Shown here one piece after another: positions 29,518 through 38,359 of a stretch of DNA of 64,000 bases. The stretch covers positions 1,248,001 to 1,312,000 of the forward strand of contig OY763927.2 of assembly GCA_963667665.2 (NCBI GenBank), in the 5' to 3' direction. A program made the translations under genes and the position numbers. Source of the stretch: Nitrosopumilus sp. Lineage in GTDB: Archaea; Thermoproteota; Nitrososphaeria; Nitrososphaerales; Nitrosopumilaceae. Each line of letters starts with the position of its first letter. Within the stretch, counting starts at the first letter, position 1. Below the pieces are notes generated by a model. It saw only the letters and a list, made by a program, of their open reading frames with translations. It made no database searches and was not told the origin of the DNA.

Positions 29518-30633
29518 TCACTTGGGAAGTTTGGATTCAAACTCTGACCATTTGTTAGCCTTTTGTAATTTATTATACCAATATTGGTTATAATGCTCTA
29601 CAGTCAAAAACAAAAATTCTAAAAATTCTTTGTGGGAAAATCCTTCAGGTAATAATTCTAGAGTAAGGCGAGCATCTTGCAAAAACAGATTACTTTTTTC
29701 TAAAGTAATTTCAAATCCTTTTTTCACATCATTTGCTAATAGTGAATAGTAAAGTGGCCAAGAGGGGATTTTTACAAATCCATTTTTAATAGAGTCTTCA
29801 ATTTCATTTCCACAGCCAACACCTTCTGCAGCTCTTGCCATACCTAAATAGAAAATTTCTCCTAATGGTCGTTCTGCTAAAGCCATGTTTTTACCTGCAG
29901 TTCCCATTACTGCTCGATATTTTTTGTAAGAGAGTGCCATTTCTTCTTCAGTAATTTCAGTTGGTTTTGATTTTAATTTTTCATCAAGATATTGTCCTAT
30001 TCTTGCATCTTTGAATCCTTCTTCAAATTCTTTTAGTACTTGTTCACCGCCCTTTGAAATTTTATCACGAGCTAATTTCAAGATGTATGGATTCATTAGT
30101 TTGTAATCATCAAGAAATTCTAAATCTTCATCTCTATCTACAATTCTATCCATTGGTTCACTGAGATCTATTGCTAAGATATGACCCTCAACTACATTCT
30201 GTTTTAATTGAGGATCATCTCTTCCAGAATAATCTGCCGCAGCGTCAAACAATCCATTAAAAACAGGAAAGGTCATTTTTACAAAATTTGAGTTTAAAAT
30301 TCTAAGTACCCTGTCTTTTAGTACATCCAGACTTTCTAATTTTGATTTTATAGGCTCAATTTCTGATGCATTTAGTATTATTTCAGTTGAACCTACTTCA
30401 TTACCAAATGCTTGCTGAGTAGAATTTGGGTTAGTATCAGATTTTATTTCATTAAGAAGGCCTTGTGCAAATCTTTCGGCAAAATTTGGGAATTCATTTT
30501 CTGTTTCTTCTTTATATTTTTTAAATAATTTGTAACCTTTTGATTTGAACAAGCCTTGTTTGATAATTTGTTTACCAGGTTTTGTGCTCATCAAAGCTTC
30601 TTTACTTACAACAGATTGATCTTTGCCACTCAC
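29518..30633 (-). CDS. Conserved hypothetical protein, possibly a diverged class I isoprenoid-synthase fold
   Basis: 371-aa helical ORF; motif order DRIVDRDED / GQYLD / YKKYRA / GNEIEDS. Confidence 0.6.
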   Translation of the reverse strand: MSGKDQSVVSKEALMSTKPGKQIIKQGLFKSKGYKLFKKYKEETENEFPNFAERFAQGLLNEIKSDTNPNSTQQAFGNEVGSTEIILNASEIEPIKSKLESLDVLKDRVLRILNSNFVKMTFPVFNGLFDAAADYSGRDDPQLKQNVVEGHILAIDLSEPMDRIVDRDEDLEFLDDYKLMNPYILKLARDKISKGGEQVLKEFEEGFKDARIGQYLDEKLKSKPTEITEEEMALSYKKYRAVMGTAGKNMALAERPLGEIFYLGMARAAEGVGCGNEIEDSIKNGFVKIPSWPLYYSLLANDVKKGFEITLEKSNLFLQDARLTLELLPEGFSHKEFLEFLFLTVEHYNQYWYNKLQKANKWSEFESKLPK

Positions 30634-30715
30634 AAACGTAAACTTCTTTGTTGTTATTTATGCTTTCAAAATAAATGTTTACTTCACTTAAATTACGAAA
30701 ATCTAAATGTTCAGT

Positions 30716-31516
30716 ATGGAAGTAATAGAAATTCTTCGAGAAGCTTCAAATAGAATTTATAAAAATGTAAAAGATCTTGCAGGTACTGAACAAGCTGCAG
30801 GAGATTTTGGTAGAGGAGCAGGAGGAGACATTTCACGAAACATAGACATTGTTGCTGAAAAAACAGTTTTAGATTATCTCAAAGAAATTAATTTTGAATG
30901 TATTGTTTTAGGTGAAGAATGTGGAAGAGTTGAATTGTCAGATAATTCTAAAGGATATATCATTATGGATGCTATAGATGGGTCTGCTAATGCAGTACGT
31001 GGTGTTCCTTTTTTCTGTAGTTCATTGGCATTTGCAACTGAGAATAAACTTAGTTCAATTACAGATGGAGTTATTACAAATCTAACAAATGGAGAAATGT
31101 ATTGGGCTTCAAAAAATAAAGGCGCATTTTTCAATGAGGAGCAAATCAAAGTTCACAACAGTGATCCAATATACAAAATAGTTGGCATTAACATATCTGG
31201 GGCATCAATAGATTTGATGAAACGATTACATCCAATATTTGAAAACCACAATCACACAAGACATTTTGGTGCAAATGCCCTAGAAATGGCATTATTTGCA
31301 AGAGGATTGATGGATGTTTTTATTGATTTGAGAGATAAAATTAGAATTCAAGATATTGCTGCAGGGTATCTAATTGTTAAAGAAGCAGGAGGATTACTAT
31401 TAGATGCAGATTTGAACCCACTTGATGCTGATCTAAGTTATGATACAAGAGTTTCTTTTATTGCTGCTGCAAATCAGAAAATTCTAGATGAAATAGTATC
31501 GCAGATCAATCAGTGA
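30716..31516 (+). CDS. Inositol monophosphatase / FBPase (FIG superfamily)
   Basis: GEE, DAIDGSAN and DIAAGYLIVKEAGG motifs. Confidence 0.9.
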   Translation: MEVIEILREASNRIYKNVKDLAGTEQAAGDFGRGAGGDISRNIDIVAEKTVLDYLKEINFECIVLGEECGRVELSDNSKGYIIMDAIDGSANAVRGVPFFCSSLAFATENKLSSITDGVITNLTNGEMYWASKNKGAFFNEEQIKVHNSDPIYKIVGINISGASIDLMKRLHPIFENHNHTRHFGANALEMALFARGLMDVFIDLRDKIRIQDIAAGYLIVKEAGGLLLDADLNPLDADLSYDTRVSFIAAANQKILDEIVSQINQ

Positions 31517-31648
31517 ACAAATTACAATAGAAAATTAAATTTTCACAAGTAATTTTATAGTTTTTCATACTTGAGAGCAGTAATCGAATTTTGAGAATGA
31601 AAATATAAAAGAAATATTTTTATCTATAATAGGAGAAAAGCTTCTTGT

Positions 31649-32491
31649 ATGGTTTCTGAGATGAAGGCAAAGGTCACTTATATGGAAATGTTAAAAGAAG
31701 ATCTTGTAATTATGCGAGTAGTTCCAGAAAATGGAATGCCAGAATACAGAACTGGTCAATTTCTAACTATTGGTCTTCCAATACCAGCAGAAAAAAAGGT
31801 AGTTAGAAGAGCATATTCACTTGCATCCCATGCAGGGAATAGAGATTATTTTGAATTTGTAATTAGATGGGTAAGAAAACCACTTCCAGGTCGTGTTACA
31901 ACTGAATTATTTTATCTAGGTGTTGGTGATGAAGTATCACTAGGATATCCTACAGGAGCTGCATTACAAATTAGTGAAAAGTTACCTAACGGAGAAAAAG
32001 ACAATAGAAGAGTTATTTGTGTTGGCGGTGGAACAGGATTAGCACCATTTATTGCATTTGCACATCATTTCCATGATACTAATGACAAAAGAGAATTGAT
32101 TATTTTGCACGGAGCAAGTTACATTGATGAATTAAGTTACAAACGACTTTTAACAGATTTGGAAAATGATAGTAAAAAAAGGGGAAGTGATCAATGGAAC
32201 TTTAGATATAGGGCAGCCATCAGTAGACCAAAAGAATACTATAACAGATCTTGGTCTGGCCATGTAGGCAGAGTAGAATCATTTTTCAAGCTTGATAAAA
32301 AAACGGGATTATCACCAGTAGATGAAATGGTAGGAGAAGAAATAACGCCAGAGAACACCATAGTATACATTTGTGGTTATCAAGGTACAATTGATGGTGT
32401 AATTGACTCTCTTGGTTCAAGAGGTTTTGTTACGGAACACGAGAAAAATCCCGATGGAAGTTTTGGAATAAAGTTTGAATCTTACGGATAG
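31649..32491 (+). CDS. Ferredoxin--NADP+ reductase (paralog 1)
   Basis: GQF, RRAYSLAS, GGTGLAPF, YICG and C-terminal FESYG. Confidence 0.9.
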   Translation: MVSEMKAKVTYMEMLKEDLVIMRVVPENGMPEYRTGQFLTIGLPIPAEKKVVRRAYSLASHAGNRDYFEFVIRWVRKPLPGRVTTELFYLGVGDEVSLGYPTGAALQISEKLPNGEKDNRRVICVGGGTGLAPFIAFAHHFHDTNDKRELIILHGASYIDELSYKRLLTDLENDSKKRGSDQWNFRYRAAISRPKEYYNRSWSGHVGRVESFFKLDKKTGLSPVDEMVGEEITPENTIVYICGYQGTIDGVIDSLGSRGFVTEHEKNPDGSFGIKFESYG

Positions 32492-32601
32492 AAAGAATTT
32501 CCAAGAAAATAATCATAAATTTAATTTTTATAATTAGAAAAGCAATTTTATTAGATCAGACATACCTGTGGATTTTTATATTGTAGTATTTTTCCTAAAG
32601 T

Positions 32602-32769
32602 ATGGCAAAACTCAAGTGTGGAGATTACGGATTTGAATGTGATTTTGTAGCAGAAGGGGAAATGGAAGAGGTCATAGTGAATTTTAGAAAACACACTGAT
32701 GAAGAACATGGAATAGACTATTCTAAGGAAGCAGTAATGCAGTTTCTCTTAAGAAAACAAGGAATTTAA
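32602..32769 (+). CDS. DUF1059-family small metal-binding protein (55 aa, not in ORF track)
   Basis: Hand translation MAKLKCGDYGFECDFVAEGEMEEVIVNFRKHTDEEHGIDYSKEAVMQFLLRKQGI*; C-x6-C...H-x4-H. Confidence 0.82.
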   Translation: MAKLKCGDYGFECDFVAEGEMEEVIVNFRKHTDEEHGIDYSKEAVMQFLLRKQGI

Positions 32770-32774
32770 GAAAA

Positions 32775-33863
32775 TTAAGAATCTAATTTTTGCATTGTCA
32801 TAGATAAAATAGGCACTTCTTTTGCAATAATTTTTTCAACTGCAGGAACAATGTTTACTCTAGCTTTAACACCTTCTTCATAAATTTCATAAATTTGATC
32901 TCTAAACAATAATTTAATTCCTGGAAGTGCTGTAATTCCTTCAGCTACAGTTCTAGGTTCTGACAAATCTAAAATTAGTGTACCTTTTTTCTTTTCTTCC
33001 ATCGCCAAATGGATTCCATCATAAGTGATTAAGAAATAATCACAAGTCGTTGCAACAAAGATAATATCATATTTATCAAAACCAGATAAAGCTTCATTAA
33101 ACTCAATAGGATTTCCTCCCAAGAGTGTTGTAAATCCAGTTGCACGATCAATTGTTCTACTTGTGACATCAAAGTTGATGTCTCTTTTCTTCAAAGTTTT
33201 GGCAACCATAGCAGCTTGCTCACCAGTACCAATAAGTAATACTTTTTTCTTGGCATCAAGTCCTGCTTTTTCATCTACTAGTTTTATTGCAACATCACCA
33301 AGAGAAACAACATCTTTTGCAATTCCTGTGGTATCTCGCATTCTTAGAGATAATCTAATTACGCTTTCAAATAATTTATTAAGAATTTTGCCAGATACGC
33401 CTGCACTCTTTGCCTTAGCGAATGACAAAACAATCTCATCAAATATTTCTTGTTTTCCAATAACTGGAGAATCCAATCCAGATGCTAAACGTAATAGATG
33501 AAGATAAACATCATCGCCTTTGTATACTTCAAGAGTTTGATCAAAATGATCAATATCATTCTGGTTTAATGTAGACAAAGGTATCCAAGTATCTTTGATT
33601 TGATTTAACACAAGAGTTTTTCCTTCAGCTCTTCTTGCATCTGGAGAATCAGAAGTTTCAACATTGCTTACTAAAAAGATTTCAACTCTACTTGCTGTTT
33701 GAATAATTACACATTCATCAACACCAGAAATTTTTTTGAATTCTTCAGATGCTGCAATTACATCTTTGAAATTAAATTTTGATAGCATATGTAGAGGAAC
33801 ATTTTTGAAAGTGACTCTTGCATTCATTACATCAAAACTTACTTTACCCAAATCATTCACCAT
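32775..33863 (-). CDS. Glutamyl-tRNA reductase (HemA)-like protein lacking the catalytic Cys
   Basis: HLLRLASGLDS, Rossmann IGTGEQA and LDLSEPR; has QTASRVE where active HemA has TCNRxE; short C-terminus. Confidence 0.8.
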   Translation of the reverse strand: MVNDLGKVSFDVMNARVTFKNVPLHMLSKFNFKDVIAASEEFKKISGVDECVIIQTASRVEIFLVSNVETSDSPDARRAEGKTLVLNQIKDTWIPLSTLNQNDIDHFDQTLEVYKGDDVYLHLLRLASGLDSPVIGKQEIFDEIVLSFAKAKSAGVSGKILNKLFESVIRLSLRMRDTTGIAKDVVSLGDVAIKLVDEKAGLDAKKKVLLIGTGEQAAMVAKTLKKRDINFDVTSRTIDRATGFTTLLGGNPIEFNEALSGFDKYDIIFVATTCDYFLITYDGIHLAMEEKKKGTLILDLSEPRTVAEGITALPGIKLLFRDQIYEIYEEGVKARVNIVPAVEKIIAKEVPILSMTMQKLDS

Positions 33864-34573
33864 TAAGATTTTATCTTGTCCCGTCCGCCTTTTGCAGTTC
33901 TGAAAACATTCATTCCGATGTAGAAATTTTCATGTAATGACTTTAAGTAAGTAATATCATTTTTAGCATTTTTGATTTGTTTTTCAGTAGCTTCTGGATC
34001 ATTTTTTAATTTTTCAAGTATTTGTTTAGATTCTTCTATAAATGTATCAACTGCTTTTTCATAATTTGAAACACCACCAAACTCTGGACTAAGAACATGT
34101 TCAGGAACATAATTAGGAGTTACATCTTGGAACCTCTCAGCTTCTCTTGTTATAGATTCCTGTTCTTCTGCTGAAAGAATTGGTCGTGGGAATCGATCTT
34201 TCTTATCTAACCAAAATTCTGGTTCACCCATCTCTCGTCTAAAGATTTCTTCGCCTTGTCTCTTGAATGTATAATCAGGACCCTTTACTGCATCTTCTTT
34301 TACTTCATCGGCAATTGCCTTGTATTCTGCTTCTGCTGCAGATTCTGCTTTATCTTTTGCAGCTGCTGCTTTTGCAATAGCTTTTTGTGCTGCAATTTCT
34401 GCTTTTTCAGCTGCTTTTGCTGCTGCATCAGCTTTACTTGTAGCATCTACTGCCACTTTGGCTTCTTTTGCAGCTTTAGTTTTTGCAACTTTTTCTGTAG
34501 ATGATTTATCTGATGCTGTATCTTCTGAAGGTTTTGCGTCTACTTCGGATTCCTTTTTCTCCTCAGACATCAA
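33863..34573 (-). CDS. Hypothetical protein with an Ala/Lys/Glu-rich low-complexity N-terminus
   Basis: Long ORF whose stop overlaps the hemA-like ATG; globular-looking C-terminus ending ENFYIGMNVFRTAKGGRDKIKS. Confidence 0.75.
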   Translation of the reverse strand: MMSEEKKESEVDAKPSEDTASDKSSTEKVAKTKAAKEAKVAVDATSKADAAAKAAEKAEIAAQKAIAKAAAAKDKAESAAEAEYKAIADEVKEDAVKGPDYTFKRQGEEIFRREMGEPEFWLDKKDRFPRPILSAEEQESITREAERFQDVTPNYVPEHVLSPEFGGVSNYEKAVDTFIEESKQILEKLKNDPEATEKQIKNAKNDITYLKSLHENFYIGMNVFRTAKGGRDKIKS

Positions 34574-34713
34574 AATTTACTGAAGTTGCCTGAATTTTAA
34601 GATTCTTGTATGAAAAATCGTTGATCATTTCTTTTTTGATTATTAATATCTGTAAATATAATTCTGATCGATTGTTAAAGGATTTTCAGATAAATTAGAT
34701 TTTATAAAAATTA

Positions 34714-34791
34714 TGGCGCCCTCGGCGGGATTTGAACACGCGTCTCAGCCGTGACAGGGCCGAATTCTAGACCGGGCTATACTACAAGGGC
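34714..34791 (-). tRNA. tRNA-Asp(GTC), CCA encoded
   Basis: GCCCTTG...CGGCC CTGTCAC GGCTG...TTCAAAT...CGAGGGC-G-CCA. Confidence 0.9.
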
Positions 34792-34887
34792 ACAAATACT
34801 TTGAATCAAATTGCCAGATTAAAAGTTTCTGTCACGATAAAAAATTTTGTAAAAGTCTAAATTATACACGTAAAGCATTTTTCATGA

Positions 34888-34961
34888 GGGTCTATGGCGC
34901 AGCCAGGTAGCGCACCGGACTTTTAATCCGGTTGTCGAGGGTCCGAATCCCTCTAGACCCG
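34888..34961 (+). tRNA. tRNA-Lys(TTT)
   Basis: GGGTCTA...CCGGA CTTTTAA TCCGG...GAGGG TCCGAAT CCCTC TAGACCC-G. Confidence 0.9.
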
Positions 34962-34980
34962 CTACTTTTCTTTCTTTTAT

Positions 34981-36441
34981 TTATTGAATTAATTCTTTAA
35001 CTTGTTTTTCCAAGTTTTCAATAGATGAATTGATTTCATTTTCCCTGTTAGTTATAGTGGTTCTATAGTTATTGATCATTTCAATTCTATCAGAAATCAT
35101 TCTTTTCTGTTCATCAAATCCAGAGGAACCAAATGATTTTCTGTCCTTTAGAGAAGAGACAACAGTAACAGAAGAGACAATTTTTGAAACAATTTTGGGA
35201 TCAACTTTAGTATCAACTACAGATTTTTTTATTTCTGGTAAAGTCAATTTGGAAATAGGTTTTTTTGATTGATGTGCTAATTGAACCAAAATACCTGTAA
35301 TTTTATGTGTAACTCTAAATGGAATTCCCTCTTGAACTAATTTTTCAGCAATATCTAATGCAATAAGATTACTTGACTCTGTAATTTTTTTCATTTGTTT
35401 TTCATTTACGTTCAAAGTGAGAAGTATTGATTTTAGAATTAATAGTGAACTGATGGATATTTTTGATGTTGACCAAATAGATGATTTTATTTGTTGTAAA
35501 TCACGTCCATAGCCAGATGCTAGTCCTTTGATAGTAGTTAGAATTGCAGTTAGGTTTCCAATAACTTGAGCAGTTTTACCTCGTGTCAATTCTAAAATAT
35601 CTGGATTTTTCTTTTGAGGCATTACGCTTGAAGGAGACGTAAATTCATCAGCAAGTTCAATAAAAGAAAATTCAGATGTAGACCAGAGGATAAAATCTTC
35701 AGATATCTTACTTAGATTAGTCATCAAAATTGAAACCATTGCAACATATTCTGCTACAAAATCACGCGTACTTGTAGCATCAATTGAATTCTCAACAAGA
35801 CCATCAAAACCCAACATCTTTGCAGTGCTATGTCTATCAATTTGGATACTTGTTCCACCAACAGGTCCTGCGCCAAGTGGACTTTGGTTTACTCGTTCAA
35901 ATGTTCCATAAAGTCGTTGGAAATCTCTAGACAAAACATCTGCATGTGCCAAAAGGTAATGAGAAAATAAACCAGCTTGAGCTTGTTGAAGGTGAGTATA
36001 AAGTGGCATTATTGTTTTTTGATGATTTTTAGCCACAGAAACTAGAGCTTCAATGGCATCTAGAAGGCAATTACAAATAATGTTGATATCATCTCTAATT
36101 TTCATTCTAATATCTAATGCAACTTGATCATTACGCGACCTTGCAGTATGCATTTTTCCTCCACTTGCCATTCCAGCCTTTTTGATAACAAGTGATTCAA
36201 TTAATTCATGGATATCCTCTGCTCCAGATGATGAATCAAATTTTTCTTTTTTCAAATTCTCTAATGCCGACAAGATCTTTTTTGCATCATTTTTTGTTAT
36301 GATGTTATTTTGAAATAACATTAAAGTATGAGCTTGACTTCCAAGAATATCATAAAGTGCAATTTCAAAATCATCATTTATTGAGGAAATATAATCTAAA
36401 GTAATATCACTCAAATCATTTCCAAGACGTGAACGATACAT
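34981..36441 (-). CDS. argH: Argininosuccinate lyase
   Basis: EDIH, HTARSRNDQ, YTHLQQAQ and SSVMPQKKNPD; start at MYRSRL. Confidence 0.95.
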   Translation of the reverse strand: MYRSRLGNDLSDITLDYISSINDDFEIALYDILGSQAHTLMLFQNNIITKNDAKKILSALENLKKEKFDSSSGAEDIHELIESLVIKKAGMASGGKMHTARSRNDQVALDIRMKIRDDINIICNCLLDAIEALVSVAKNHQKTIMPLYTHLQQAQAGLFSHYLLAHADVLSRDFQRLYGTFERVNQSPLGAGPVGGTSIQIDRHSTAKMLGFDGLVENSIDATSTRDFVAEYVAMVSILMTNLSKISEDFILWSTSEFSFIELADEFTSPSSVMPQKKNPDILELTRGKTAQVIGNLTAILTTIKGLASGYGRDLQQIKSSIWSTSKISISSLLILKSILLTLNVNEKQMKKITESSNLIALDIAEKLVQEGIPFRVTHKITGILVQLAHQSKKPISKLTLPEIKKSVVDTKVDPKIVSKIVSSVTVVSSLKDRKSFGSSGFDEQKRMISDRIEMINNYRTTITNRENEINSSIENLEKQVKELIQ

Positions 36442-36491
36442 CACATAAGATTTTAGAATGGTTATATATAGCATCGACGCTTTTGCCAAAC

Positions 36492-36815
36492 ATGAGTCAA
36501 GATATCAAATTGCTTCGAGTAAAAATCTTCGATGAGTTATCTAAGATTGTGGATCCAGAAATCAATACATCAATTGTTGAATTAGAGTTGATTGATGAAG
36601 TTGATATCAATAATAGTAATGTTAAAGTTGATTTGCATCTTACTAGTCCATTCTGTCCAGCAGTTTTTGGTTTTAAGATTTGCCAAGATGTGCACGATTA
36701 TCTTTTGAAGGTAGATGGAGTAGATGATGTCAAAGTAAATGTTTCAAATCACTTTATGGCAGAACAAATTAACAATCAGGTAAACAATAGCCCAAACCCA
36801 AAAAAACTAGGTTAA
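36492..36815 (+). CDS. DUF59/PaaD-like Fe-S cluster assembly factor
   Basis: IVDPEINTSIVELELI and LTSPFCP; start at MSQDI. Confidence 0.88.
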   Translation: MSQDIKLLRVKIFDELSKIVDPEINTSIVELELIDEVDINNSNVKVDLHLTSPFCPAVFGFKICQDVHDYLLKVDGVDDVKVNVSNHFMAEQINNQVNNSPNPKKLG

Positions 36816-37579
36816 CTTCTAAATCCTAACAAATAGCCTCGAAGTAGTTGTATTCCCATTGCAGGATCAACTCCTTTTGGACATACTTGACTACAAGAAC
36901 CAGCAAAGTGACATCTCCAAATACCATGAGATTCATCAATTATCTTAAGTCTGGAATCTTTTCCCTTATCTCTGCTATCAGCAACATATCGATATGCTTG
37001 AGCTAATGCTTGTGGTCCAACAAATGAAGAATCTGTTGCCATGGTAGGGCATGCAGAATTACATAAACCACATTTGATACAATTAGCAAATTGTATGTAT
37101 TGTTCTACTTCTTCAGGAGTTTGTAAGAATTCTTTTTCATCAGATTCTATTTCTGAATCATCTCGTATTAGATATGGTTTGATTTTATGATGAGATTCAA
37201 ACAATTTTTCAAACTTTACTGCCAAATCACGAATAATTGGAAAATTACTCATAGGTTCAACTGTAATTACATCAGAGTTTAATTCAGTAATTTTTGTAAA
37301 ACATGCAAGTTTTGGTTTTCCGTTGATCATCATTCCACACGAACCACATGAAGCTTGTCTACAAGAATATCGAACTGCTACTGAATGATCAAAATGTTTT
37401 TTGACCTCAAGAATTGCATCTAGAACAGTTGTCCATTTTTCATATGGAACAGAAAACTCCATAAATCCACTTGTTTCATCGTATGCTGGATTATATCGTG
37501 AAATTCTAAGTGTAATTGATTTTGAAGAAGATAATGGCGTTGATGTTTGTTCTTCTGCAATACTAGATACCTGTGCCAT
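36812..37579 (-). CDS. sdhB: Succinate dehydrogenase iron-sulfur subunit
   Basis: SCRQASCGSCG, CIKCGLCNSACP and CHFAGSCSQVCPKG. Confidence 0.95.
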   Translation of the reverse strand: MAQVSSIAEEQTSTPLSSSKSITLRISRYNPAYDETSGFMEFSVPYEKWTTVLDAILEVKKHFDHSVAVRYSCRQASCGSCGMMINGKPKLACFTKITELNSDVITVEPMSNFPIIRDLAVKFEKLFESHHKIKPYLIRDDSEIESDEKEFLQTPEEVEQYIQFANCIKCGLCNSACPTMATDSSFVGPQALAQAYRYVADSRDKGKDSRLKIIDESHGIWRCHFAGSCSQVCPKGVDPAMGIQLLRGYLLGFRS

Positions 37580-37581
37580 TT

Positions 37582-37926
37582 CTATACCATCCCCATGTTA
37601 GTAACAATTATTGTTCTTGAACCATATGCTATTAATCCAACCATTGCAGCAATACAACCATAAGAGACAGCTTTTTCGTAAGTTTTCCCTTGTTTTAATT
37701 CCAATAAAATAACTCTAAGTCCATTAAATCCATGAATTGAAAGCAAGACAAGTATCAATTCCAACATTATAGCATATGGAACGAATTTGTAGTTAGCAAG
37801 AACACTTTCAAATTCTAAGGATTCTGCAAATCCCTGCGTAAGACGCATCAAAACATGAACTGCTACTAGTGCTACTGCTGCAATTGCAGTTCCATAGTGA
37901 ATTTTCATGATTGTACTTTCTCTCAT
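37582..37926 (-). CDS. sdhD: Succinate dehydrogenase membrane anchor subunit
   Basis: Three TM helices, HGFNGLRVIL, operon position. Confidence 0.85.
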   Translation of the reverse strand: MRESTIMKIHYGTAIAAVALVAVHVLMRLTQGFAESLEFESVLANYKFVPYAIMLELILVLLSIHGFNGLRVILLELKQGKTYEKAVSYGCIAAMVGLIAYGSRTIIVTNMGMV

Positions 37927-37927
37927 C

Positions 37928-38359
37928 TTATTCACCAAACATTACTGCCATTCCATACATCATTGCAACTGCGGCAAGAACAATTGCAGAATAGATTCCT
38001 ATCTTGTGTCTGTAGTTTTGTGATGCTGGATCATATGGGTAATCAGGTCTAGCAGGTTTTCCTACACCAACTCCTCCATGACCTAACATCACTCTAACTC
38101 CATTAACAGTATGAAATACACACATTCCAATTACAATTGCTAAAACAGCATGTCCTTCAGTAGATGATGTCATTTCCATTAACTCATCCCATCCAACTTG
38201 TCCCCTCAGAATATTACTTGTTTCATAAATGTGAGCTATAAAATATGCCAATAATCCTAATCCACTTAATCGCATTAACAAATATGCAACTCGTTCTATG
38301 CCATAGCGACGAGGATTTATCATTCCTCCAACGCCTTCTTTGTGTTCGTCGGAAGTCAT
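37928..38359 (-). CDS. sdhC: Succinate dehydrogenase cytochrome b subunit
   Basis: MRLSG and FHTVNGVR; TM helices; operon position. Confidence 0.87.
   Translation of the reverse strand: MTSDEHKEGVGGMINPRRYGIERVAYLLMRLSGLGLLAYFIAHIYETSNILRGQVGWDELMEMTSSTEGHAVLAIVIGMCVFHTVNGVRVMLGHGGVGVGKPARPDYPYDPASQNYRHKIGIYSAIVLAAVAMMYGMAVMFGE

Noticed and set aside
34256-34583. Cys/Phe-rich and Ala-rich plus-strand ORFs
   Set aside because: Antisense shadows of the low-complexity Ala/Lys/Glu coding region
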